Shown one piece after another: positions 1-8,027 of a stretch of DNA of 64,000 nucleotides; the first letter of the stretch is position 1, and each line of letters opens with the position of its first letter. A model generated the notes under the pieces. The model ran no database searches. It was given only the letters and a program-made list of their open reading frames with translations, and had not been told where the DNA came from. The translations under genes and the position numbers were made by a program. The DNA comes from Candidatus Woesearchaeota archaeon (GTDB lineage Archaea; Nanobdellota; Nanobdellia; Pacearchaeales; GW2011-AR1), in NCBI GenBank assembly GCA_964419275.1, contig CAYQOY010000001.1, positions 15,218 through 79,217 on the forward strand, read 5' to 3'.

Positions 1-257
1 TAAAGAAAGAACATCTGCTATAGACTTAACATTGAATCCTATCTTCTTAAGTCTAGCGAAAAATGCTTGCTGTTCTTCTTGACTCGCAGTGATAAGGTTT
101 TTTGCCTTCTTTCTGATTAATTTAACTTTAGCATCAGCTTTCCAAATTTCAGTTTTGCTTTTTAATCCGAATTTCTCGATTATTATTGCTTCTTCGTCTA
201 TTCTTGCTTTATCAAAAGGTCTTTTTGGTCGTGAATAAAGTTTATGTTTTCTTTTCA
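1..257 (-). CDS. rps4: 30S ribosomal protein S4 (S9e family), N-terminal part; gene continues past the window start
   Basis: Reverse translation from the ATG at 257 gives MKRKHKLYSRPKRPFDKARIDEE...GFNVKSIADVL, a typical archaeal S4 N-terminus. It lies immediately downstream of S13 as in the conserved S13-S4-S11 operon. Confidence 0.8.
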
Positions 258-263
258 TTTTAT

Positions 264-791
264 TTATTTAGCAGCTGTTTTCTTTTTAATTCCAACACCC
301 TTGCTTCTGTTTCTTCTGAAATGACTCTTTGTTCTTTGTCCCCTTACTGGAAGATTCAAGTAGTGTCTTAACCCTTTGTAACTTCTAATTTGTTTTAATC
401 TTTTAATATCAAACTCTTTTTTTAATTCTAAGTCTGTTCCGACAAGATGCTCATCGTCTCCTGTTTCCCTGTCTTTTCTTCGGTTTAATAAGAATTTAGA
501 AAAAGTGGGTTTTTTGATGAAATCTGAAATTTTTTTTATGTCTACTTCATTTAATGCTCCAACTTTTGTTTTTTTGCTTATCCTTAAAGAAACGCAAACG
601 GCATTAGCAACACTCCAGGAAATTCCTTTTATTTTAGTAAGAGCTGGATAAATTGCCATATTTGCATCTACATCTGTTCCAAGAATTCTAACCATTCTGC
701 CCAAATGTTCTTGTTGCTTAGCTAGCATAGGGTTCATTTTAGGCTTTTGTGCTTCTTTCGTCGCTGTTTCTTGTTTTTCTTTTGCTTCCAT
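264..791 (-). CDS. rps13: 30S ribosomal protein S13 (S18e family)
   Basis: ORF-track protein has the conserved S13 C-terminus GLRHYLNLPVRGQRTKSHFRRNR. Size is 175 aa. Operon context with S4. Confidence 0.9.
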   Translation of the reverse strand: MEAKEKQETATKEAQKPKMNPMLAKQQEHLGRMVRILGTDVDANMAIYPALTKIKGISWSVANAVCVSLRISKKTKVGALNEVDIKKISDFIKKPTFSKFLLNRRKDRETGDDEHLVGTDLELKKEFDIKRLKQIRSYKGLRHYLNLPVRGQRTKSHFRRNRSKGVGIKKKTAAK

Positions 792-800
792 TGTATTTTT

Positions 801-1337
801 TTAATGAACGAACAAATTATATCTTTCCAAATCTACTAGCTCTTTAAAAATCCTTCTCTCAATAGCTTTTTGTGGGTCTGGAAGGTTTGGAACCCTTTTT
901 CGGATATCTTCAAAAGATTTGAAAGGTTCTTCTTCTCTTTGTTTAATTATTTCTTGCATATGCTTTTTTCCTAGTCCTGGCAAAAATTCTAGTTGGTGAA
1001 CTCTTTTGTTTATTGCATCTGATTTATTGTAAAATTCAACAAATTCTGCTTCTCTTTCTCCAACAATTCTTTTAATGAACTCTTCTAGTTGAGCTTTTCC
1101 TGCTTCGGTTAATTTGTCTCTTGCAAGTCTTCCAGAGATATAATAAACCTTGTCTCTTTTTCCTTCTCCGATATAAACTTTTTCTCCGATTTCAAAACTA
1201 GAACCTCTTCTAGGAACTAATTCCAATAGGGTAAGATTCTTTTCTCCGATAGCTTGTACTATGGGAATCATTTTTCTTTCCAAAGGGTATCCGTTTGGTA
1301 AATATTCTAGTACAATTGCATATTCTTCTTTTTCCAT
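801..1337 (-). CDS. DUF655/COG1491-family predicted nucleic-acid-binding protein (OB fold plus HhH)
   Basis: 178 aa protein sitting in the conserved archaeal L21e-RpoF-DUF655 neighbourhood. Helix-hairpin-helix-like LPGLGKKHMQEI segment. Confidence 0.55.
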   Translation of the reverse strand: MEKEEYAIVLEYLPNGYPLERKMIPIVQAIGEKNLTLLELVPRRGSSFEIGEKVYIGEGKRDKVYYISGRLARDKLTEAGKAQLEEFIKRIVGEREAEFVEFYNKSDAINKRVHQLEFLPGLGKKHMQEIIKQREEEPFKSFEDIRKRVPNLPDPQKAIERRIFKELVDLERYNLFVH

Positions 1338-1342
1338 GTTCT

Positions 1343-1645
1343 TTACCTGTAATGTTTAACTATATCCAATATTTTTTGGATTTCATCTTCATCTAATCTT
1401 ACGTCGATAAAGATTTTGTTTAAGTCTTCTGCATTTTCCGGCAAAAGATCTATAACTTTAGAGATATGCTCGGATTTTATTTTTAACAGATTTAGGTCTT
1501 GGAGTTTCGCTCTAAGCTCTTTAGCTTTTTTTGAGTCTATCTGAACAAACTTGTTTATGAAGCCGACTAACTCACTAGCACTATCATTACCTTTAAGGTA
1601 CTCTTCTGCTTCAGCCATACTTAATGATTCTCTATTTCTTATCAT
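1343..1645 (-). CDS. rpoF: DNA-directed RNA polymerase subunit Rpo4/F (Rpb4 homologue)
   Basis: 100 aa, helical. Pattern KELRAKL...KVIDLLPE...IF.D...DE matches the archaeal RpoF layout. Sits between L21e and DUF655 as in other archaea. Confidence 0.6.
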   Translation of the reverse strand: MIRNRESLSMAEAEEYLKGNDSASELVGFINKFVQIDSKKAKELRAKLQDLNLLKIKSEHISKVIDLLPENAEDLNKIFIDVRLDEDEIQKILDIVKHYR

Positions 1646-1938
1646 TTTGTTGTTTTTGGTTTCTTGTCAACTTTTGTTGTTTTTATTTGTTTTATTTTTT
1701 TCAGATGGACTGGATCAATTAAAAACTGTTTTTTTTCGTTTTGATCTTTTAATCCAAGAACATAAAATTTTCCTCGTTTCCCTTCGATGATTCCTGTTTT
1801 TCCTTGAAGTCTTAATGGAAATTTAGAATCTATTGTTGGTTCCTTAACTACTGCGGCGCTATCTCCAACTTCAAATTCTTGAAAGTGCTTGCTAAGCCCC
1901 GGCTTTCCACGACTTATTACTCGATTCATCTTTCCCAT
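1642..1938 (-). CDS. rpl21e: 50S ribosomal protein L21e
   Basis: 98 aa beginning MGKMNRVISRGKPGLSKHFQEFEVGD...GKTGIIEGKRGKFYVL, typical L21e. 4-bp overlap with rpoF. Confidence 0.85.
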   Translation of the reverse strand: MGKMNRVISRGKPGLSKHFQEFEVGDSAAVVKEPTIDSKFPLRLQGKTGIIEGKRGKFYVLGLKDQNEKKQFLIDPVHLKKIKQIKTTKVDKKPKTTK

Positions 1939-2009
1939 GTTTTAAACAAATAGACTTCATTTAAAAAGCTTCGCATGCTAAGTACATGCTAGAATTCTTA
2001 ATTCTGCGA

Positions 2010-2207
2010 TTAAAGCTTAGACATATTTAAACTTCTAGAGGTATTATTAAATAGCTCTAAATCGTTATTGTCTCTTGCATTTTCCATTGATGCGACGATT
2101 GCTTTAAACATTTTTTCGCCCCAAACTCCAACACCACATTTGTCACAAAAGTCAATAACACTGTTGTCTGAAATTTCGCTTTTGCAGTAAATACACTTTT
2201 TTGTCAT
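2010..2207 (-). CDS. small zinc-ribbon protein (CxxC...CxxC), function unknown
   Basis: 65 aa with CIYCKSEI and CDKCG cysteine pairs. No catalytic motifs recognised. Confidence 0.4.
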   Translation of the reverse strand: MTKKCIYCKSEISDNSVIDFCDKCGVGVWGEKMFKAIVASMENARDNNDLELFNNTSRSLNMSKL

Positions 2208-2315
2208 AGTCTCCTCCTTTATTCTGAAACTGTAGCCTCTAAAACCTGTTTTGTTTTTAAAGATTTGTATATCCTAAATAGTAACTTTTAAAAAGCAACC
2301 CGTTTACTAGAAAAT

Positions 2316-2513
2316 ATGATAATTCCAATAAGATGTTTTAGCTGCGGTAAACCAATCGGCCACTTGTGGGAAGAATATAAAAAACGGGTTGAGGCTGGAG
2401 AAAAGTCTGGGAAGGTTTTAGATGACCTGGGCTTGGAAAGATACTGCTGCAGATCAATTTTCTTAGGACAAACAGACTTGGTTAAGCTTGTTGGAAAATT
2501 CAAGAAAGTTTAA
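2316..2513 (+). CDS. rpoN: DNA-directed RNA polymerase subunit Rpo10/N (Rpb10 homologue)
   Basis: 65 aa starting [21 protein letters not shown], the hallmark RpoN N-terminus with a CxxC zinc site. Confidence 0.85.
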   Translation: MIIPIRCFSCGKPIGHLWEEYKKRVEAGEKSGKVLDDLGLERYCCRSIFLGQTDLVKLVGKFKKV

Positions 2514-2531
2514 GTTTTGATTTTTTAAAAT

Positions 2532-2792
2532 CTAGCTCATTTTCCATCGAGAAATTTTTTTGCAATTTTCACATTTCACTGATTTGGTTTTTTTATTTAT
2601 TCTTATTTCCGGGTTTTTGTGAACATTAAAGCAGTATTTACAAAATAATTTCTTGTTTTCGCCTAGTTTGAGATTATGCTTCATTGCAAGAGTTTTTATT
2701 TTCTTAACTTGCTCGGAAGTTTTATTTTTTATATTTGAAAAGAATTCTTGAATTTCTTTTACAGCCTCGGTTTTTGATAATGTTTTTTGCAT
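2532..2792 (-). CDS. rnp4: RNase P protein component 4 (Rpp21/Rpr2 family)
   Basis: 86 aa, Lys-rich N-terminal helix followed by a C-terminal zinc ribbon FCKYC...CENCKK, matching the Rpp21 architecture. Confidence 0.55.
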   Translation of the reverse strand: MQKTLSKTEAVKEIQEFFSNIKNKTSEQVKKIKTLAMKHNLKLGENKKLFCKYCFNVHKNPEIRINKKTKSVKCENCKKISRWKMS

Positions 2793-3030
2793 TTGATTTT
2801 TAATAGGAAAAATTAAAAAATAAAAAAAGGTGAGAGGGCATTACTGTTTCGCACCCTTTTGGGGAACTAACGCAGTAACGTAATTGGCTTGACTTCTGAG
2901 TTCGGAAAGGGATCAGGTATTGTCCAACTACTGTGGCCTTCTACGATTTTTAGATAATCTAGCTGTTTTTAAGGTTTTTGGTATGCTTTGTGTTTGAAAA
3001 TAAAAACTAAGTTTGGAAAAGCTAAGTTTT

Positions 3031-3040
3031 TTATAATGCC
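3031..3040 (+). promoter_or_regulatory. TATA-box-like element (TTTTATAATG) about 20-28 bp upstream of tRNA-Leu
   Basis: Spacing and composition match archaeal tRNA promoters. Confidence 0.4.
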
Positions 3041-3058
3041 TAAAATATCAAACTTTAC

Positions 3059-3142
3059 GCGGAAATGCCGGAGTGGTCAAACGGGCTGGATTAAGGCTCC
3101 AGTGGCTTAGTGCCTGCGAAGGTTCGATCCCTTCTTTCCGCA
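3059..3142 (+). tRNA. tRNA-Leu (class II, long variable arm); anticodon reads AAG in the canonical fold
   Basis: 84 nt. Acceptor stem GCGGAAA/TTTCCGC. D-stem CCG/CGG with a 10-nt D-loop. Anticodon stem CTGGA/TCCAG with loop TTAAGGC. Variable arm GGCTTAGTGCC. T-arm GAAGG-TTCGATC-CCTTC. No encoded CCA. Confidence 0.85.
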
Positions 3143-3291
3143 TTGAACAATTGAAAGCGGCAAATAAGGTTGAATTATCCAAACAAAAACCTTTAAATAA
3201 TGTTATTTTCAAGACATATTGTATAACTCAATAAACCTGCGAGTTAAACGCGTAAGCAGGAGTTTCGACTTCTGTAAACATTATAAGAAAA

Positions 3292-3660
3292 ATGAAATCA
3301 AATACAAAAATAAATGAGCAAACAAGAAAGAAGACTAATCCTGAATTAGTTGGAGCAATTCTTGCTGCAAAGAAAAATGAAGCTTGGAAAAGAGTTGCTG
3401 AAATTCTTTCAAGCCCAAGAAAAAATAAAAGAGAAGAAAATTTAACAAGAATTAATGCTGAAGCTAAAGAGGGAGATGTGATTGTTATTCCGGGAAAAGT
3501 TCTTTCAATGGGAGAATTAAACAAAAAAATCAAAGTTGTCGCACTTAGTTTTTCTAAAGGCGCTGAAGACAAGATATTAAAAGCAAACTCAACAATCTCA
3601 ACAATAGTTGATGAAATTAAAAAGAATCCAGCTGCTAAAGCAGTTAAAATTTTAGAATGA
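3292..3660 (+). CDS. rpl18e: 50S ribosomal protein L18e
   Basis: 122 aa. NPELVGAILAAKKNEAWKRVAEILSSP...VIVIPGKVLSMGEL is typical L18e. Precedes L13-S9 as in the conserved operon. Confidence 0.85.
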   Translation: MKSNTKINEQTRKKTNPELVGAILAAKKNEAWKRVAEILSSPRKNKREENLTRINAEAKEGDVIVIPGKVLSMGELNKKIKVVALSFSKGAEDKILKANSTISTIVDEIKKNPAAKAVKILE

Positions 3661-4049
3661 AAATCATAGATGGGCAAAATGCAGTTTTAGGAAGAGTTGC
3701 TAGCTATGCAGCTAAAGAAGCTCTTAAGGGAGAGGACATCGCAATTGTTAATTGCAAAGATTTGATTATCACTGGAACAAAAAAATTCATTGAAAAAAGC
3801 ATCCAAGAAAGAAGAGGAAGAGTCGGATGGAGTAGACAAGGACAAAGATATTCTCGTTCCACTGAAAAAATGGTTAAAACCGCTATTAGGGGAATGATTC
3901 CTAATTATCGATTAGGAAGGGGAAAAATTGCATTTGAAAAAATAAAATGTTATTCTGATGTTCCAAAAGAATTTGAAAACTCTGAAAAAATTTCTATCGC
4001 AAAAGATAAGAAGAAAATCTTTGTTAAAGTTAAGGAGGTTTCTCAATGA
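3657..4049 (+). CDS. rpl13: 50S ribosomal protein L13
   Basis: MKIIDGQNAVLGRVASYAAKEALKGEDIAIVNC... is canonical archaeal L13. ATGA overlap with L18e. Confidence 0.9.
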   Translation: MKIIDGQNAVLGRVASYAAKEALKGEDIAIVNCKDLIITGTKKFIEKSIQERRGRVGWSRQGQRYSRSTEKMVKTAIRGMIPNYRLGRGKIAFEKIKCYSDVPKEFENSEKISIAKDKKKIFVKVKEVSQ

Positions 4050-4459
4050 AATCTGACAAAAGCAAAATAGTTCAATCAGGTAAAAGAAAAACAGCAGTAG
4101 CTAGAGCAGTTATAATCCCGGGAGAGGGCGTAATAAGATTAAACAAAAGAGATTACAAAACATTACCTTTCTTTGACAAATTAAGAATCGAAGAACCAAT
4201 AAGAATTGCAAAAGAAATTCTAGGAAATATTAACTTTGATGTTCTTATAACTGTTAGGGGCGGGGGACAGAAAGGACAAATTGAAGCTGCAAGAATCGCA
4301 CTTTCTAGGGCAATGGTTGATTTTACAAAATCCAAGGAATTAAAAGAAGCTTTCTTAACTTATGACAGAGGACTTCTTGTTGCAGATGTTAGAAGAAAAG
4401 AAGCTTACAAACCTGGAGACAGTAAGGCTAGAAGTAGAAGACAGAAATCTTATAGATAA
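4046..4459 (+). CDS. rps9: 30S ribosomal protein S9
   Basis: GKRKTAVARAVIIPGEG...GGGQKGQIEAARIALSRA...ARSRRQKSYR are conserved S9 motifs. Confidence 0.9.
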   Translation: MKSDKSKIVQSGKRKTAVARAVIIPGEGVIRLNKRDYKTLPFFDKLRIEEPIRIAKEILGNINFDVLITVRGGGQKGQIEAARIALSRAMVDFTKSKELKEAFLTYDRGLLVADVRRKEAYKPGDSKARSRRQKSYR

Positions 4460-4493
4460 TTATATTTTTATTTTGCTAGTTAATGCACAAGAA

Positions 4494-5054
4494 TTAATCA
4501 CAAGTGTACGCACAATTTGGATGATTCAATAATTCTTCAAGACTTAGATGAGAAAGGTAATACGCAACTCCGTCTGCAATTCTAACAATTCTTGGTTGGC
4601 TTCTTAAGTAAAAATTAGGGTCCGGAGTTTTTGTGTAATTTTTTGCTTGAATCTCAGCAAAATGCAAATAAGAAAGATGATGGATTAATTCTTTATCATA
4701 TCCCTCACAAGGTTCTCCGTCAAAATGAACTCCCAAATGGGCTTTTTCAAAGGTCTTTGTTTCTAAAAACTTTCTTATCAGCTTAGGAGCTTCATATCCT
4801 AAATTACAATGCTTATGTTTATACTTTTCATTTATTAAAAGTGCGAATAGATATTCTCCGCCTTGATTCAACCAGTCTAATGCTCCTTCTCTATCTCTTT
4901 TTGTGTGAAATTCTCTAGGAACTCCATCTTCAAAATCATAAGAAAACGCTGCAACAACGATCTCAGGTTTGTCTGGCTGATTTACTTTGCCTCGTTGGGC
5001 TTCATCTAACCCGCATATCAAATACGAATTTTCTGTTTGAATTTCTTCAATCAT
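4494..5054 (-). CDS. hypothetical protein with an RNase-HII-like N-terminal motif (ICGLDEAQRGKV)
   Basis: 186 aa. Only the N-terminal DEAxRG-like segment resembles RNase HII (IAGIDEAGRGPV). Downstream motifs are not in canonical order. Start overlaps the upstream recombinase-domain ORF by 8 bp (translational coupling). Confidence 0.3.
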   Translation of the reverse strand: MIEEIQTENSYLICGLDEAQRGKVNQPDKPEIVVAAFSYDFEDGVPREFHTKRDREGALDWLNQGGEYLFALLINEKYKHKHCNLGYEAPKLIRKFLETKTFEKAHLGVHFDGEPCEGYDKELIHHLSYLHFAEIQAKNYTKTPDPNFYLRSQPRIVRIADGVAYYLSHLSLEELLNHPNCAYTCD

Positions 5055-5589
5055 TTTGTTTTTCGTTTTTTAATCTTTCAAGTTTGTTTTGAACATGATT
5101 GAATAACGTTGAAGAAATCAAAGCGGGATGATTTCCTTCGTAAATCTGATTGTTGAATTTAACTTTCCCTATATAAGTAAAATTAGTAAGTATTTTTTTC
5201 AATCCATTGACAGAAAGGTTGTGCCTTTGCGCGAGCTGTCTTAAACTAATATTTTCATTTAGAAATTCCTGGAAGATATCTTCAATTTCATTTTTGTTTT
5301 CTGCTGGAATAAGCTTTTTATCTTCCATTTTATAACCGAATGGAACTCGTGACATTACTTTTCCTTTAGATGCTTGAGAAATCATTCCTTTTTTTTGTTT
5401 TTCACCAACTCCCGCATATTTTCTAAAGGAGTCTAGAACACTTCCGTTTATTTTCTCTGAGATATACTCTTGGAATTTTTCGGAATTATTTGGGGAAAAA
5501 TAATGACAGATGTCACAAAGGTAAACTTGGAACTTTTCTTTGTTTTTTTCAGAATCATGCCCACATTTCACACATCTTTTTCCACTCAT
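5047..5589 (-). CDS. zinc-ribbon plus serine-recombinase 'Recombinase'-domain protein lacking the catalytic resolvase domain
   Basis: N-terminal CVKCGH...CDICHY zinc ribbon. Central VPFGYK...IEDIFQEF...SLRQLAQ..N...G..W....V..IL.N..Y.G pattern typical of the Recombinase domain of large serine recombinases. Confidence 0.45.
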   Translation of the reverse strand: MSGKRCVKCGHDSEKNKEKFQVYLCDICHYFSPNNSEKFQEYISEKINGSVLDSFRKYAGVGEKQKKGMISQASKGKVMSRVPFGYKMEDKKLIPAENKNEIEDIFQEFLNENISLRQLAQRHNLSVNGLKKILTNFTYIGKVKFNNQIYEGNHPALISSTLFNHVQNKLERLKNEKQND

Positions 5590-6236
5590 TTGAAACTCAC
5601 TCCTCGGATAGTTAATTGTTTTATTAAATCTTTATTGTTCTTGAAAAGAATAGATGGAATTCCCAATTTTTTTGCTCCGTTAATATTCTCTGGTTTGTCA
5701 TCTATAAACAAAACTTGATTTTCAGATATTTTTAATTTTTTCAATGTTAATTTGAAAATTTCTGGTTCTGGCTTTCTTGTGCGAACCTGGCATGAAAAAA
5801 TTCTTTTTTTAAACAAATGCTTTAAGTGATACTGTTTAGAAAGATATTGCTTGTGAATCTTTCCAAGATTTGAAAGCAAGACTAAGTTATGTTTTCTTTT
5901 CAGTAAAACCAACAATAAAATCAGCTCTTTATTTGGCCAAAAAATAGAATTCCAAGCATTTTTGAAATCTTTATAAGAAACTTTGTTTACACCCAGTTCA
6001 GTTGCAAGGATTTTTAAGTAAACTCTTGGGCTTTTCCCTTTTTCCATCGCGTTGATAAAACTGTTTGTGTTTGAAGAGAGTATATGTGAGATTTTTTTCG
6101 CTGGAACATTCAAAATAGGCTCGAGTTTTTCAGCAGCGATTTTCTGATCATAAAAAACAACCACCCCCCCTAAATCAAATATAAGAGTATTCCTCTTGAA
6201 CTCATTTGCATTGGAATCACCTCTCTTTAGTTTCAT
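5586..6236 (-). CDS. HAD-superfamily hydrolase
   Basis: Motif I LIFDLGGVVV, motif II LLSN, motif IV LFIDDKPENI. Confidence 0.6.
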   Translation of the reverse strand: MKLKRGDSNANEFKRNTLIFDLGGVVVFYDQKIAAEKLEPILNVPAKKISHILSSNTNSFINAMEKGKSPRVYLKILATELGVNKVSYKDFKNAWNSIFWPNKELILLLVLLKRKHNLVLLSNLGKIHKQYLSKQYHLKHLFKKRIFSCQVRTRKPEPEIFKLTLKKLKISENQVLFIDDKPENINGAKKLGIPSILFKNNKDLIKQLTIRGVSFK

Positions 6237-6237
6237 T

Positions 6238-6444
6238 TTATTTTTTACGGATATTCTTACTCTTTTCTTTATTTTTTAAATTGGAATTTTTGAAAAGCTC
6301 TCTTTGATTAAGAATCATCAAAACAATTGCTCCGATAATAAATGCCCAATTAACCAAGAATGTTAAAGCAATGCACGCGAGAGCAATCAAAGAAAAAAAG
6401 AAGACTTTTTTATTTCTCAATTGCATGATATAATTTAGTTTCAA
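6238..6444 (-). CDS. small membrane protein
   Basis: 68 aa with two predicted TM segments. No homology recognised. Confidence 0.3.
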   Translation of the reverse strand: MKLNYIMQLRNKKVFFFSLIALACIALTFLVNWAFIIGAIVLMILNQRELFKNSNLKNKEKSKNIRKK

Positions 6445-6491
6445 GGGTTTTTAATTTTTTATTTCAATAAAATCTTCTTATTTTTTATTTT

Positions 6492-7343
6492 TCAGGTTTT
6501 ATCCTCGGAATTCAACTTTAAGTCGTCGATTGGGCTTTTAATCTTCTTTAATTCTTCTGAAGAAACATGCGCATAAAGCTGGGTTGTGCTAAGATTGCTA
6601 TGCCCTAATAGTTCTTGGATTAATCTTATATCTACTTTATTTTCCAAGAGATGTGTTGCAAAGCTATGCCTTAGCGTGTGGGGATGAACATCTTTCTTTA
6701 TTTTAGCTGCAATTGCTGCTCTTTTGATTATTTTTTGAATGTTTCTTTCTGTAATTTTTCCGTTTCTTCCGCTGAAAAGGTAAATCTCTTTTCTTTGTTT
6801 TTGATTTTCTGCTTGCTGTTTAAGCTCTTCAATTAAAAATTCCGGGATATTAAACAGCCTATCTTTTCTCCCTTTTGCTTGTCTAGCATATCCTGTTTTT
6901 TCTTCAAAAGATAAATCTGAAACTTTTAGGTTAGTTAGTTCAGATACCCGAAATCCGCATGCGTAAAGTAAACTTACAATTAGTTTGCTTTTTTTATTAG
7001 TTATTAAATCAATAAGTCTCGTGACTTCTTCTTTTGTTAAAACGGGGGGAATCCTCCTTTCTTTTTTTGGACGTTTTATGCCCTCAGTAATATCCTCTTT
7101 TAGCAAATTAGAGTAAGCGTATTTTACTGCAGACAAAAAAACAATTATTGAGGGGGAAGACATATTGGATATCTTAGACGCAATAAAGTTCTTAACATCC
7201 TGATTTTTGACTTGTTCTGGGTTCTTACTGCAGAAGTCTAGAAGTTCACTGTTCGCTCTTACATAATTCCTAATAGTATGCTCAGAATTTTTTGAAATCT
7301 TAAGCTCTACTTTTAGTTTATCTAAAAATTCTTGCTTGTTCAT
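6492..7343 (-). CDS. xerA: tyrosine recombinase XerA-like (integrase family)
   Basis: C-terminal catalytic signature: ...ARQAKGRKDR..., HTLRHSFATHLLENKVDIRLIQELLGHSNLSTTQLYAHV (R, HxxR, H, nucleophile Y). Confidence 0.85.
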   Translation of the reverse strand: MNKQEFLDKLKVELKISKNSEHTIRNYVRANSELLDFCSKNPEQVKNQDVKNFIASKISNMSSPSIIVFLSAVKYAYSNLLKEDITEGIKRPKKERRIPPVLTKEEVTRLIDLITNKKSKLIVSLLYACGFRVSELTNLKVSDLSFEEKTGYARQAKGRKDRLFNIPEFLIEELKQQAENQKQRKEIYLFSGRNGKITERNIQKIIKRAAIAAKIKKDVHPHTLRHSFATHLLENKVDIRLIQELLGHSNLSTTQLYAHVSSEELKKIKSPIDDLKLNSEDKT

Positions 7344-7429
7344 CTGTGCCTCTTTTACCCTAAAATTGTACGAACTTTTTATATGTTATGAAATTTCACT
7401 TTTCGTATTTTACTTGTTTCAGACGCGGT

Positions 7430-7457
7430 CCAAACAGCTGTTTAAACAGCTGTTTGG
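7430..7457. promoter_or_regulatory. perfect 28-bp palindrome CCAAACAGCTG-TTTAAA-CAGCTGTTTGG (11-6-11; dif-like or regulator-binding site)
   Basis: Read directly from the sequence. Lies about 90 bp upstream of the xerA start, in the divergent xerA/RRM intergenic region. Confidence 0.4.
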
Positions 7458-7589
7458 CTTTTGATCAACCAATTTATGAATTTTTCAAAAGGCATAACCT
7501 TAAAAATCGTGATTTATTGGAAAATGTAGAATAAGTAAATCTTGTTCTGTAATTAAATAAAACGTAGATTAATCTACAAGGATCGCGAA

Positions 7590-7943
7590 ATGAGTAAGAA
7601 ACTTTATGTAGGAAACTTGAACTTTAGTATGGATCACCAAAAGCTGAAAGACGCTTTCTCTGAATTCGGAGAAATCGAAGAAGCTGTGATTATACAAGAT
7701 AAGTTCTCTGGAAGATCCAAAGGATTCGGTTTCGTAACCTTCAAACAAGATGCAGATGCTGACAAGGCAATTGCTGCAATGAATGAAAAAGAAATTGAAG
7801 GCAGAAAAATAACTGTAAACGAAGCTAGACCAATGGAAGATAGACCATCTAGACCTCCAAGAAGAGACTTTGGTGGAAGAGGCGGAAGAGATGGCGGAAG
7901 ACCAGGTTTTAACAGAGATAGACCCCCTAGAAGATTTAACTAA
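7590..7943 (+). CDS. RRM-domain RNA-binding protein with RGG/Arg-Gly-rich tail
   Basis: RNP-2 LYVGNL and RNP-1 KGFGFVTF motifs. C-terminus PSRPPRRDFGGRGGRDGGRPGFNRDRPPRR. Confidence 0.8.
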   Translation: MSKKLYVGNLNFSMDHQKLKDAFSEFGEIEEAVIIQDKFSGRSKGFGFVTFKQDADADKAIAAMNEKEIEGRKITVNEARPMEDRPSRPPRRDFGGRGGRDGGRPGFNRDRPPRRFN

Positions 7944-8027
7944 AATTAATTAGGAAATATCTTTAGCTAAAAGCTAAATTTTTTAATTTTTATTTTTTAA
8001 TTTTAAATAACAAAAGAGAAGAACAAT

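Noticed and set aside
3228-3677. 149-aa minus-strand ORF
   Set aside because: Entirely antisense to the well-supported L18e gene. Hydrophobic low-complexity translation typical of an AT-rich shadow ORF.
7430-7457. 28-bp palindrome as an intrinsic transcription terminator
   Set aside because: It lies between divergently transcribed genes (upstream of both), not at a 3' end, and lacks a following T-tract. A recombination or operator role is more plausible.
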